This document shows, piece after piece, positions 1 to 10,087 of a stretch of DNA of 64,000 nt. Origin of the DNA: Candidatus Zambryskibacteria bacterium RIFCSPHIGHO2_01_FULL_46_25 (lineage in GTDB: Bacteria; Patescibacteriota; Minisyncoccia; Phycocordibacterales; Zambryskibacteraceae); NCBI GenBank assembly GCA_001825155.1, contig MHVH01000005.1, positions 3,528 through 67,527 on the forward strand, in the 5' to 3' direction. Every line of letters starts with the position of its first letter. The stretch's first letter is position 1. The position numbers were made by a program, and so were the translations under genes. Below the pieces are notes generated by a model, which saw only the letters and a program-made list of their open reading frames with translations, made no database searches and was not told the DNA's origin.

Positions 1-2
1 CA

Positions 3-512
3 GATGAGTATCAGCACGGCGCGGAGGAAGCGGGGCACGAGGTAAGGAGGATGAATCTGGGGGAAATGCGATTCGACCCCATCCTTCGGCACGGCTATCG
101 CTCTATCCAGGAACTTGAGCCGGATCTCAAAGCGTTTCAAGAGAACGTGAGTTGGTGCGAACACTTCGTCATCTTCTATCCGACCTGGTGGTCCACTATG
201 CCCGCGCTCCTCAAAGGCATTTTCGACCGGGCATGGCTTCCCGGTTTCGCTTACAAATTTACAAGCAGTTTCAGCTGGAAGAAATTGCACAAAGGCAAGA
301 CTGCGAGAGTCGTCATCACTTCCGACAACATCCCTTTCGCCGCCTACATCCTTTTCGGCGACACATCGAATGAAATCGCGAGAGCCATCCTCTGGTTTGC
401 CGGGTTTAAAGTGAGGATAAAAAAATTCGGCTACCTCAAACATTTCGGCTCCACCGGCCGCCGCGAGCGTATCAAACGCAAGGTTTATAATTTTGGGAAA
501 AAGGCGAAATAA
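3..512 (+). CDS. NAD(P)H-dependent oxidoreductase, flavodoxin-like fold (5' end outside the window)
   Basis: Contains the motif FYPTWWSTMPALLKGIFDR typical of quinone-reductase flavodoxins. The frame stays open back to the window edge. Confidence 0.85.
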   Translation, partial: DEYQHGAEEAGHEVRRMNLGEMRFDPILRHGYRSIQELEPDLKAFQENVSWCEHFVIFYPTWWSTMPALLKGIFDRAWLPGFAYKFTSSFSWKKLHKGKTARVVITSDNIPFAAYILFGDTSNEIARAILWFAGFKVRIKKFGYLKHFGSTGRRERIKRKVYNFGKKAK

Positions 513-712
513 ATGTCAAAGCTATCTGTCGGAACGGGGTGAACACAAGACAACATCCTAGACTAGACAACTCCATTCGTTATATCTCTTCGGCGGAGCG
601 CATCTCGTTTGAATTTAAGGTTAAGATACCTCTTCCAAGGAAGCTGTTTGGGAATCCGTAGATATTTATCGAATTATTAAAAAGACAGCCAACCCACGGA
701 ATGGGCTGGCTA

Positions 713-1396
713 TCATCTGCGAGAAGACTGCCTCTGGATGAAATTTGGGTTTGCTGTTGGATCGATAACCCGCATCTCATCGAGAAGAGAGAATGTTCCG
801 TTCCTATAGGATAGTCGTTTGAGTTCGCAGTGACGTGGATGGGCTAGTGACTCAAAGTATTCTTCTGTCCAGCCGAGCAGGCTCATTAAGAGGACACGAA
901 ACTCGAAGCCGTGGGTAATCACAAGCGTACACCCCTTCGATTTGTCTCGCGCTCTCTTTTGAAGTTTTTCAGCGAACAGACTGAAGCGGTTTAGCATTTC
1001 AGTACCGTTCTCACCACCAGGGAATTGGTAGCGAAGTACTCCCGTCAGATATCGTTGTTTCTCGATAACTGAGCGGTTGTGAATCGTTACGTTACCCCAG
1101 TTCTGTTTTGCGATGAGATGTTCTGTGGTCAGCGACCACTTAATGCGTGTGGGCATTGCCGACACCATAATTCCTGCCGTCTCCAATACCCGTTTACTGG
1201 GTGACAAGATTAGGTGTAGGTGCTTGCACATACCGAGGTGTTCAATCAGGCTCTGCCCCATGGATAAGGCCTGATCTTTCCCTTTGTCGCTGAGCGGCAT
1301 GTCTTCATCCGCGATGCGTTCATATGCGGATTTGTCGATGTCCTCCAGTGATTCGGCATGCCGCATCACGAAGAACATCTTGTCTTGTGTGTTCAT
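713..1396 (-). CDS. Histidine phosphatase (phosphoglycerate mutase family)
   Basis: N-terminal RHAES motif, LSDKGKDQA, SPSKRVLETA and ITHG. A GGAGG ribosome-binding site lies upstream. Confidence 0.85.
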   Translation of the reverse strand: MNTQDKMFFVMRHAESLEDIDKSAYERIADEDMPLSDKGKDQALSMGQSLIEHLGMCKHLHLILSPSKRVLETAGIMVSAMPTRIKWSLTTEHLIAKQNWGNVTIHNRSVIEKQRYLTGVLRYQFPGGENGTEMLNRFSLFAEKLQKRARDKSKGCTLVITHGFEFRVLLMSLLGWTEEYFESLAHPRHCELKRLSYRNGTFSLLDEMRVIDPTANPNFIQRQSSRR

Positions 1397-1466
1397 TCGT
1401 GACCTCCGTCATTGACAGGAAAACGTTTCTTTAGATATAATACCAGCTATGAGTTCAGAAGTCAAT

Positions 1467-2009
1467 ATGTCCAAGTCGCTAGCTACATTTTTTCAAAAAG
1501 ACGTTTTTCCAAGCAAAAATGATAATTGGAAGGATCTTCTTTTTGAAGATCGGCTGACAGGAAAAGCTATTGTGTTTGATAATGAAAATAAAATAGCATT
1601 GGTTGGTACCAAAGTTAATTCTCTCTATCAACTTCCTGGCGGTGGAATAGATAGTAACGAATCTATTGAAGATGGTGTGATTAGAGAATGTTTGGAAGAG
1701 ATTGGGTGTGAAGTTACTCTTATAAAAAAGATTGGGGTGATTGATGATTATAGAAATAGAGATAAAAAACATTGCATTAACCACTGCTATGCAGCTAAAT
1801 TAGTTGGAGAAAAAGGCGCCCCCGCTCTTACAGAAGATGAGGCGAAAAATGGATTGCATGTAGTCTGGGTTTCTCTAGATGAAGCAGTCCAAATATTCGA
1901 TAAAGAAGTTTTACAACTGAAAAAGGGTGAAATACCTTTTTACAATACTGGTTACAATATTTTGCGAGATATATTCTTTCTTAAAGAGATGCAAAAGAAT
2001 ATTCAATGA
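1467..2009 (+). CDS. NUDIX hydrolase
   Basis: Nudix box GGGIDSNESIEDGVIRECLEEIG. An alternative start is at 1449. Confidence 0.9.
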   Translation: MSKSLATFFQKDVFPSKNDNWKDLLFEDRLTGKAIVFDNENKIALVGTKVNSLYQLPGGGIDSNESIEDGVIRECLEEIGCEVTLIKKIGVIDDYRNRDKKHCINHCYAAKLVGEKGAPALTEDEAKNGLHVVWVSLDEAVQIFDKEVLQLKKGEIPFYNTGYNILRDIFFLKEMQKNIQ

Positions 2010-2010
2010 A

Positions 2011-3033
2011 ATGACCAGGATCTTCCTTTTAACTGATTATCGAAGACAATTTTATTCATCAACAAAAAGTAGAGGGGGTGGAATAGACCTTATTCGATTG
2101 GCAGAATATTTTAAAAAATTAAATTTTGATTTAGTGGTGATGCCTTTTTCTGAGGTTGATCTACGAACACAAAATTATAAAAACGAATGGGTTTTATATC
2201 AATCCTCCGAAGATCCCAGTTTGTTTTATAGAAGTTATCTAGACGATATTGTCTTGGGACTATTCCTACAAGGGGCGAGGCTTATTCCTGACATCTATAA
2301 GTTTCGTGCCCACCACAATAAGCATTTTATGGAGATTCTACGAGATGTATCTGATATACCAGAAATAAAAAATATCAAGTCTGATCGCTACGGCACATAC
2401 GAAGATTATCTAAAGAATATAAATAAATTTAAAAACAATTCCTATGTATTGAAATCAAGTAATACATCAAAAAGTCGTGGAGTGTTTTTACTAAATAATA
2501 TAAAAGATAAATTAACTATACCAAGGAAAATATCTAACACTTTTTCTCTCAGAAATATTCAATACTATTTTGAAAGGTTAAGAACGGGTAAAAAACCTTT
2601 ATATATATCAAACAACCGAAAAAAATTCATTCTCCAGCCCTATATTGCCAGTCTTCAGGGGGATTATCGTGTTGTAGTGTATGGCGACAAGTTCTACGTT
2701 CTATATAGATCCAATAGAAAAAATGATTTTCGAGCTAGTGGAAGTATGATGTTTAACTATGAAATCGAATTGCCTCCTAACCTTTTAAATTTCGCCAAGA
2801 AAGTTTTTGATGGTTTTGATGTCCCATATATAGCGCTTGATATTGGTGTAAAAGATAACAATTTCTTTGTGTTTGAATTTCAATTTCTATCTTTTGGTCA
2901 ATACACACTTGAAAAATCAAAGTTCTTCTATCGACTTGAGGATAAGGATTGGATTAAGATATTTGAAGAGCCAGATCTTGAAAGAGAAATTTCTATATCT
3001 GTAATGAAGTTTATTAGTAAGCCAAAAAACTAA
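2011..3033 (+). CDS. ATP-grasp (RimK-like) ligase
   Basis: Motifs YVLK..SRGVFL, FILQPYI, DYRVVV, FRASGS and ALDI..FVFEFQ. The ATG at 2011 directly follows the NUDIX stop. Low GC. Confidence 0.75.
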   Translation: MTRIFLLTDYRRQFYSSTKSRGGGIDLIRLAEYFKKLNFDLVVMPFSEVDLRTQNYKNEWVLYQSSEDPSLFYRSYLDDIVLGLFLQGARLIPDIYKFRAHHNKHFMEILRDVSDIPEIKNIKSDRYGTYEDYLKNINKFKNNSYVLKSSNTSKSRGVFLLNNIKDKLTIPRKISNTFSLRNIQYYFERLRTGKKPLYISNNRKKFILQPYIASLQGDYRVVVYGDKFYVLYRSNRKNDFRASGSMMFNYEIELPPNLLNFAKKVFDGFDVPYIALDIGVKDNNFFVFEFQFLSFGQYTLEKSKFFYRLEDKDWIKIFEEPDLEREISISVMKFISKPKN

Positions 3034-3037
3034 ATAT

Positions 3038-4771
3038 ATGTGCGGAATAGCTGGTTTTATAGATAAAAGTAATAAATATGATATTGCTGAGAGGGAAGAT
3101 CTTCTTCATCGAATGTTGGGCTTGATTGAGCATAGGGGAGGTGACTCTATGGGTATTAAAACTATAGGTTCGGTTACGATGGGTCATACCAGGTTATCAA
3201 TATTAGACGCAGATAAGCGAGCCTATCAGCCTATGGCAAGTGATAACACGGTGCTCTCTTTTAATGGTGAGATATATAATCACTCAAAACTTCGAAGTCA
3301 ATACTGTAAGAGTCAAAAAATAAGTTCTTACTCAGACACCTCAACACTTTTTGCTTTGTTGCAAACACTTTCGTTAAAGAAAGTACTGGCTCTAATTCAC
3401 GGTATGTATGCGTTTAGTTTCTTAGACATGAGAAACAAATCATTAAGCCTTATTTTAGATAAACTAGCAATCAAACCATTGTATTATGTAGACACTCCAG
3501 ATTTTTTTGCTTGGGCTTCAGAAATAAAAGCTTTCAAAGCAATTCCCGGTTTTAAGTTTAAGTTTCGTGATGATGGCTTGGAAGAATTTATGTGTTTTAG
3601 ATATATTGTTGGTGAAAAAACTTTATTTAAGAATATATACAAGATGCAAGCTGGTGAAATCTTAACTTTTTCGCTTAAGACAAATTTTTTTAACAAAAAA
3701 ATATATTACAAACTACAGAAATCAAAAAAACAAAGTGGATCATCCTTGAGCAGACTCTTAAAAGATAGTGTTTATAATCATCTGATGAGTGATATTCCAA
3801 CTGGAATCCAATTGAGTGGCGGGGTAGATTCTAGTCTGGTAGCTTATTTTGCCCAGAAGTTTTCTAAAAAACCACTTCATACATTTTCTATAGGTTTAAA
3901 AAACAATAAGTGGAATGAGTTTATATATTCTGATATGGTGGCGAAACTTTTGAAAACCAACCATCATAAAATAACTTTTTCAAAACGAGACTTTATTAGG
4001 TTGTTTTCAAAGCTCACCTATCATCTAGATGAGCCTATTGTTCATCCAAACACTATTCCTATGTATTTACTAGCAAAAGAAGCAAGAAAATACACAAAAG
4101 TTCTATTAACTGGTGAAGGGGCGGACGAAGTATTTTATGGGTACAACAGATATTTTCAAAAGCTTTTGAAATCAAGTAAAGACATCCTTATTTCCAATTC
4201 ATTTACTGACCCGAAGTTTGTCTCGTCTATCTTAAAAAAGTTTAACCCCGTTTTCTTGAAAAGACTAGCAATCATAAAAAATGTGGAAGGAGCAAGTATA
4301 GTCAATAGGGTGAGCTATTATGACGTTTATAGTTATTTACCACATGTCCTATTGAGGCAAGATAAGGCGGGAATGGTAGCGAATATAGAAAATAGGGTGC
4401 CTTTTCTTTATGATTCTGTTTGTGAGTACGGCTATAATTCAAAAGACAAAGTTGGAAAATATGGTGGTAAGAACTCAATTAAAAAGATCGCACTAAAATA
4501 TCTTCCTAAAGATTTAGTCTTAAGAAAGAAAATAGGTTTTGGCTTACCAATTTCCAACTGGCTGAAAGACAATAGTGGGTTTTTACCACACCTTTCTAAT
4601 TTAAAAAATCATCAAATAATTAAAAGGTATTTTATTAAAAGTGAGATTAATCAGCTTATTAATGAACATGTAGCAGAGGATAATGATCACTCAAGTATAC
4701 TGTTTACTCTCATTAGTTTGATGACATGGTATGACATTTTTATAAACACTTCCTTACCACATAAACCATAA
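3038..4771 (+). CDS. asnB: Asparagine synthase (glutamine-hydrolysing) family amidotransferase, copy 1
   Basis: MCGIAG N-terminus, RLSILD, FNGEIYN, LSGGVDSS, LTGEGADE and ENRVPFL. Confidence 0.9.
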   Translation: MCGIAGFIDKSNKYDIAEREDLLHRMLGLIEHRGGDSMGIKTIGSVTMGHTRLSILDADKRAYQPMASDNTVLSFNGEIYNHSKLRSQYCKSQKISSYSDTSTLFALLQTLSLKKVLALIHGMYAFSFLDMRNKSLSLILDKLAIKPLYYVDTPDFFAWASEIKAFKAIPGFKFKFRDDGLEEFMCFRYIVGEKTLFKNIYKMQAGEILTFSLKTNFFNKKIYYKLQKSKKQSGSSLSRLLKDSVYNHLMSDIPTGIQLSGGVDSSLVAYFAQKFSKKPLHTFSIGLKNNKWNEFIYSDMVAKLLKTNHHKITFSKRDFIRLFSKLTYHLDEPIVHPNTIPMYLLAKEARKYTKVLLTGEGADEVFYGYNRYFQKLLKSSKDILISNSFTDPKFVSSILKKFNPVFLKRLAIIKNVEGASIVNRVSYYDVYSYLPHVLLRQDKAGMVANIENRVPFLYDSVCEYGYNSKDKVGKYGGKNSIKKIALKYLPKDLVLRKKIGFGLPISNWLKDNSGFLPHLSNLKNHQIIKRYFIKSEINQLINEHVAEDNDHSSILFTLISLMTWYDIFINTSLPHKP

Positions 4772-4821
4772 ATAGAGGGTTATTTTATTTCTTGTCATTA
4801 TGAGATACTCTTAATTTCATC

Positions 4822-5637
4822 ATGTCACTCAAAATAGGTATTGTCGGTCTCCCGAACGTTGGTAAATCCACGCTCTTCAACGCGCTCACCAAGCAGTCTG
4901 TGCCGGCGGAGAATTATCCTTTCTGCACCATTGATCCATCTGTTGGCATCGTGCCGGTGCCAGATGAGAGACTAGATAAACTCTCCGTTCTTTCGAAATC
5001 GAAGAAGACTATTCCGGCCGTGGTCGAGTTCGTCGACATCGCGGGCCTCGTGAGAGGCGCTTCGGAAGGGGAAGGTCTGGGCAACAAATTTCTCTCCCAC
5101 ATACGCGAAGTGGACGCCATTATTGAAGTGGTGCGAATTTTCGAAGACAAAGAAATAATCCACGTGCACGACAAGGTCGACCCGCTTTTCGATATCGAAA
5201 TCATCAATCTGGAGTTGAAAGCGGCGGGGATAGATAAACCGATTCTCTACGTTGTAAACACCAGCGAGGCTTCAGAGAACAGACGCGAGATGCTCGACAA
5301 GATTCCCGGGCCCTACATCGAGATAGATCCCATTTTCGGCACGGGCTTGGACAAACTTATCATCGAAGCATACAAGCTTCTCGACCTTATAACTTTTCTT
5401 ACGACTGGGGAGAAAGAAAGCAGAGCGTGGACGACGCATCGCGGGGCCACCGCGCCGGAAGCGGGCAAGTCTATCCACACCGATTTCAAAGACAAATTCA
5501 TCCGCGCCGAAGTCATACACTGGGATAAGCTTCTCGAAGCGGGCTCTTACGTTGCCGCCCGCGCCAAGGGCTGGGTCCGCATCGAAGGCAAAGAGTACAT
5601 CGTCCAAGATGGCGACGTCATGGAGTTTCTTATCTAG
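4822..5637 (+). CDS. ychF: Obg-family ATPase YchF, internally shortened (271 aa)
   Basis: [27 protein letters not shown] and a C-terminal TGS domain ([11 protein letters not shown]). Confidence 0.9.
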   Translation: MSLKIGIVGLPNVGKSTLFNALTKQSVPAENYPFCTIDPSVGIVPVPDERLDKLSVLSKSKKTIPAVVEFVDIAGLVRGASEGEGLGNKFLSHIREVDAIIEVVRIFEDKEIIHVHDKVDPLFDIEIINLELKAAGIDKPILYVVNTSEASENRREMLDKIPGPYIEIDPIFGTGLDKLIIEAYKLLDLITFLTTGEKESRAWTTHRGATAPEAGKSIHTDFKDKFIRAEVIHWDKLLEAGSYVAARAKGWVRIEGKEYIVQDGDVMEFLI

Positions 5638-5655
5638 CCGTCATATAATAGGCAT

Positions 5656-6210
5656 ATGAATACTTCAAATCGCATCGGGAAGTGGTCAGTCATTATCGGC
5701 ATTATGATTGTGCTTAACCTCTTCTTCAATTACGCTCTCTCGCTCGCTTACAAGAGCCCGGAGTACAACAATTTCTGTCCAAACGAGCAGGTTATCAACA
5801 TTCCCGATGATCAGAACGAGTGCGTGGCCCAGGGAGGCCAATGGACGGACAATGGCTACTACGGCAAACCTATGCCGGTCGGAGAAGTCGTTCCCATAGG
5901 TTATTGCGACCTCCAGTATACTTGCCGGCAAGAGTTTGAAGACGCGATGAAGAGCTACAACAGAAACATTTTCATTGTCTTGGTGGTTCTTGGAGCCGTG
6001 AGCGTCCTCGCAGGCAATTTCTTCGTTGGCAATGAGGTGATTGCCGGCGGCCTCTCGCTTGCCGGCGTGCTCTCTTTCCTCGTCGCCTCCGTACGCTACT
6101 GGAGCTCGGCCAATGACCTCATTCGCGTCATCATCCTCGCCATCGCCCTTGGACTCCTCTTCTGGATAGCGATTAAAAAATTCAACCAACGATCGACAAC
6201 CAACAACTAA
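5656..6210 (+). CDS. Hypothetical membrane protein (4 TM segments, Cys-containing external loop)
   Basis: Hydrophobic segments, with TATAAT 6 nt before the ATG. Confidence 0.7.
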   Translation: MNTSNRIGKWSVIIGIMIVLNLFFNYALSLAYKSPEYNNFCPNEQVINIPDDQNECVAQGGQWTDNGYYGKPMPVGEVVPIGYCDLQYTCRQEFEDAMKSYNRNIFIVLVVLGAVSVLAGNFFVGNEVIAGGLSLAGVLSFLVASVRYWSSANDLIRVIILAIALGLLFWIAIKKFNQRSTTNN

Positions 6211-6216
6211 CAATAG

Positions 6217-8985
6217 ATGCAGGAATACGACCCGAAAAATATAGAAGCGAAGTGGCAGAAAGAGTGGGAGAAATCCGGTCTTTATCGTGCAGAGGATTCT
6301 TCCGAAAGGCCCAAGTATTACTCTCTCATTGAGTTTCCTTATCCTTCCGGCGATGGCTTGCATGTCGGTCATCCTCGCCCGTATATCGGCATGGATGTCA
6401 TTTCGAGGAAGAAGAGGATGGACGGCTTCAACGTGCTTTATCCCATAGGCTGGGACGCCTTCGGTTTGCCAACGGAGAATTATGCCATCAAGACCGGCCG
6501 TCCTCCGTCCGAAATTACGAAAGAGAATACCGACACATTCCGCAGACAAATCCAGTCTCTCGGAATATCTTTCGACTGGTCGCGGGAGATAAACACGACC
6601 GACCCGAAATATTACAAATGGACACAGTGGCTCTTCTTGAAATTTCTCGAACATGGTCTGGCGTACAAAGCAAAAATTCCGATTAATTGGTGTCCGCAGG
6701 ACAAAATTGGTTTAGCGAACGAAGAAGTCTTGTCCGTTGGCGGACAAGAAGTCTGCGAACGCTGCGGCACGCCGGTCGAACAGAGGGAGAAAGAGCAATG
6801 GATGCTTGCCATTATTAAGTACGCGGAGAAACTTTTGAGTGACCTGGACACTGTTGATTATCCCGAGCGCGTCAAAGTTCAGCAGAAAAATTGGATTGGA
6901 AAATCTGAAGGAGCGGAGATAGAATTTAAAATCAAAAATCAAAAACCAAAAATCAAAGTTTTTACCACTAGGCCGGATACCATTTTTGGCGCGACTTTTT
7001 TGGTAAAAGCGGGAAAAGAAGACAAATTCACGGGAAAGTATGCCATCAATCCGGCTACTAAAGAAGAGATTCCGATTTGGGAAGCAGAATATGTCATGGG
7101 CGACTACGGCACCGGAGCCATTATGGGCGTACCCGCGCATGATGAAAGGGATTATGATTTTGCTATTAAGCATGATTTGCAGATAAAACACGTAATAATG
7201 CCAGTTTTGCCGGATCCGACCAATCCTCATCGAACCGACAAAGAAGTCATTGTTCGCAAAGTTACTTTAAGCATCATCTATGATCCGAAAGCAAAGAAAT
7301 ATCTGTCTCTAAAATGGAAAAAAGTTCCGTGGAGAACTTTTATCACCGGTGGAATCGAAGAGGGGGAAGATCCGATACTGGCCGCAAGAAGGGAAATAGC
7401 GGAAGAAACAGGATACACGGATATTAATCTGGTTAGAGTCCTGGGAGGCAAGACCCAAGCGGAATTCTACGCGGAACACAAGGGCGTTAATCGCATCGCG
7501 TATGACACTTTGATCCTTTTTGAACTTGTAAGCGATGCGCGTCAGACAGTGGCAGCCGAAGAACTCGATAAACACGAGGTCGAATGGATAACCGAAGACG
7601 AATTTAAGAATGCGCGCATAAATCACTCGGAAATAGACATCATCAGGAAACGCATCGAGACCGGCAAGGATTTTTATATCGGAGAAGGCGTTCTCGTAGA
7701 TTCAGAAGGATTTGACGGTTCATCTAGCGAAGAAGCAAGGGGAAAGATTACCGAGAAATTTGGCAAAAAGGTTGTCAAATACAAACTCCGGGACTGGGTT
7801 TTTTCGAGGCAGAGATACTGGGGCGAGCCAATACCGGTTGTGCATTGCGCTAAGTGCGGCATTGTGCCGGTGCCGGAGAAAGATTTGCCGGTGCTGTTGC
7901 CGAAAGTCAAGAATTACGAGCCTACCGATACGGGCGAATCGCCGCTCGCGGCCATAGAAGAATGGGTCAATACATCGTGCCCTAAGTGCGGTGGCGATGC
8001 CAAGAGAGAGACCGACACCATGCCCAACTGGGCCGGTTCTTCGTGGTATTTCCTCGCTTATCTTTTCGACAAAAAGGGATTTGAGAATCCCGCATCCATT
8101 GAAAATTGGAAATTGCAAATTGAAAATTTCCGGCATTTCATGCCGGTTGACTGGTACAACGGTGGTATGGAGCACACGGTACTTCATCTTCTCTATTCGC
8201 GTTTCTGGAACAAATTCCTGTTTGATATTGGTCTTGTGCCGACAAGCGAGCCGTACAAGAAGCGCACTTCCCACGGTCTGATTCTCGCCGAAGGGGGAGA
8301 GAAGATGAGTAAGTCGAAGGGCAATGTCATTAATCCGGACGCAATCGTCGAGCGCTTCGGCGCGGATACCCTGCGGGTCTATGAGATGTTCATGGGCCCC
8401 TTCGAGCAGGCGATAGGGTGGAGTGAGGCATCGCTTGTCGGACCGAGAAAATTTTTAGAGAGGGTTTGGCGGTTGAAAGATAAAATTCACCAAGGCAAGG
8501 CCTTAGATACCAATTCCCAAGGCCTTGCCTTGGTTCATCGAACTATCAAGAAAGTGACTAATGATATCGAAGCGATGGGATTCAACACCGCAGTATCAAC
8601 CCTGATGATTTTTGCGAATGACTTGGAAAAAAGAAAAGGAATCTCTCAAGAAGAATACGAAACATTGCTAAAGTTGTTAGCGCCATTCGCGCCGCACATG
8701 ACAGAAGAATCGTGGCACCAACTTGGACATTCGATGTCCAAATCGATTCACGAAGAGCTCTGGCCCAAGTTCGATGAAACAAAACTTGTATCTGAGACTG
8801 TTACGATTGTGGTTCAGGTCAACGGCAAGGTACGTGCGAAGTTTACGACCCAGTCTATCGTGGAAGAAAAAGAGGCTATCGACTTGGCAATGAACTTACC
8901 CGAAACGCAAAAGTGGGTTGGGGATAAGAAGGTGGAGAAGACCATTTATGTGCCTGGAAAACTGGTAAATATCGTGGCAACTTGA
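6217..8985 (+). CDS. leuS: Leucine--tRNA ligase with an inserted NUDIX domain
   Basis: FPYPSG..LHVGH, GWDAFGLP, TTRPDT, SRQRYWG and KMSKS. An internal Nudix box reads GGIEEGEDPILAARREIAEETG. Confidence 0.95.
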   Translation: MQEYDPKNIEAKWQKEWEKSGLYRAEDSSERPKYYSLIEFPYPSGDGLHVGHPRPYIGMDVISRKKRMDGFNVLYPIGWDAFGLPTENYAIKTGRPPSEITKENTDTFRRQIQSLGISFDWSREINTTDPKYYKWTQWLFLKFLEHGLAYKAKIPINWCPQDKIGLANEEVLSVGGQEVCERCGTPVEQREKEQWMLAIIKYAEKLLSDLDTVDYPERVKVQQKNWIGKSEGAEIEFKIKNQKPKIKVFTTRPDTIFGATFLVKAGKEDKFTGKYAINPATKEEIPIWEAEYVMGDYGTGAIMGVPAHDERDYDFAIKHDLQIKHVIMPVLPDPTNPHRTDKEVIVRKVTLSIIYDPKAKKYLSLKWKKVPWRTFITGGIEEGEDPILAARREIAEETGYTDINLVRVLGGKTQAEFYAEHKGVNRIAYDTLILFELVSDARQTVAAEELDKHEVEWITEDEFKNARINHSEIDIIRKRIETGKDFYIGEGVLVDSEGFDGSSSEEARGKITEKFGKKVVKYKLRDWVFSRQRYWGEPIPVVHCAKCGIVPVPEKDLPVLLPKVKNYEPTDTGESPLAAIEEWVNTSCPKCGGDAKRETDTMPNWAGSSWYFLAYLFDKKGFENPASIENWKLQIENFRHFMPVDWYNGGMEHTVLHLLYSRFWNKFLFDIGLVPTSEPYKKRTSHGLILAEGGEKMSKSKGNVINPDAIVERFGADTLRVYEMFMGPFEQAIGWSEASLVGPRKFLERVWRLKDKIHQGKALDTNSQGLALVHRTIKKVTNDIEAMGFNTAVSTLMIFANDLEKRKGISQEEYETLLKLLAPFAPHMTEESWHQLGHSMSKSIHEELWPKFDETKLVSETVTIVVQVNGKVRAKFTTQSIVEEKEAIDLAMNLPETQKWVGDKKVEKTIYVPGKLVNIVAT

Positions 8986-9032
8986 CACGGGTTGACATGG
9001 GAGTATGGTAATGATACAAATAACAGAAAGAT

Positions 9033-10067
9033 ATGGAAAAAATAGCAACCAGCTTTAAGCCGAAGGACGCAACCAAGAAGCTTTTGTCGATTCTCACCAA
9101 GCGTGGTCAGGATGTCATCGTCTCGCGCTATGGTCTCAGCGCCAAGGCGCAGAAACTCACACTTGACGCTATCGGCAAGAAATACAACATTACCCGTGAG
9201 CGCGTCCGCCAAATCGAGAATCATTCTCTCGCCGTTGTGCGAAAGTCAAAGGCATACAAAGAGACCCAGCCGGTTTTCGATGAACTCAAGGAAATTGTTT
9301 CCGCTCTCGGCGGAATCGTAGCGGAGAAAGACCTTTTGAAGCACTTGAGCAAGGATCTGGCCATCCAGAACCATTACCACTTTCTCCTGGTTATCGGAGA
9401 AGAATTCAAGCGTGAGAAAGAAGATGAGGAATTCCATCACCGCTGGAATGTGGATCAGGAGCTCGCGCAGAAGATCCAGAATACCTTAAAGAAGCTTTAC
9501 GCCAAGCTTACCGACGACGAGCTCGTGGTCGAGGGCGACCTCATAAGCTCTTTCCTCGAAGAGGTTAAGGATTTGAACGAAAAGTACAAGGACGAAGAGA
9601 TTATCAAGCGATGGCTTGGCATTTCTCACAAGATTGGCAAGAATCCTCTCGGCGAGTGGGGCAGAACCTCGTCTCCCAACGTCAATGCTAAGGGTATGCG
9701 CGACTACGCCTTCCTCGTCATTAGGAAGCACGGTTCGCCTATCCATTTCAAAGAAGTGGCCAAGGCTATTACCCAGTATTTCAATAAGAAGGCTCACGTG
9801 GCCACTACTCACAACGAGCTCATCAAGGACAAGCGCTTTGTTCTCGTTGGACGCGGTCTCTACGCTCTCGCCGAATGGGGCTACATGTCGGGCGTGGTTA
9901 AGGACGTCATCCGCAGCATTCTCACCAAAGAAGGCCCTCTGACCAAAGAAAAAATCGTTGAGAAAGTGCTCAAAGAACGTTACGTCAAAGAGAACACCAT
10001 TCTTGTTAATCTTCAGAATTCGAAATATTTCAAGAAAGACAAAGAGGGGAGGTATTCAAACGTTTAA
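9033..10067 (+). CDS. Sigma-70 region 4 HTH plus C-terminal HARE-HTH (RNA polymerase delta-like) protein
   Basis: TLDAIGKKYNITRERVRQIE at the N-terminus and HNELIKDKRFVLVGRGLYALAEWG near the C-terminus. Confidence 0.7.
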   Translation: MEKIATSFKPKDATKKLLSILTKRGQDVIVSRYGLSAKAQKLTLDAIGKKYNITRERVRQIENHSLAVVRKSKAYKETQPVFDELKEIVSALGGIVAEKDLLKHLSKDLAIQNHYHFLLVIGEEFKREKEDEEFHHRWNVDQELAQKIQNTLKKLYAKLTDDELVVEGDLISSFLEEVKDLNEKYKDEEIIKRWLGISHKIGKNPLGEWGRTSSPNVNAKGMRDYAFLVIRKHGSPIHFKEVAKAITQYFNKKAHVATTHNELIKDKRFVLVGRGLYALAEWGYMSGVVKDVIRSILTKEGPLTKEKIVEKVLKERYVKENTILVNLQNSKYFKKDKEGRYSNV

Positions 10068-10087
10068 TCTCGGGGTAGAATATAAGA

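Noticed and set aside
2011-4771. Lasso peptide or graspetide RiPP cluster
   Set aside because: The AsnB keeps a complete glutaminase domain (N-terminal Cys). No precursor peptide, leader peptidase or RRE gene is visible.
5686-6654. 322-aa minus-strand ORF, and similar antisense ORFs over mltG, the carboxypeptidase, dnaK and rmuC
   Set aside because: They overlap well-supported genes on the opposite strand and show no independent coding signals.
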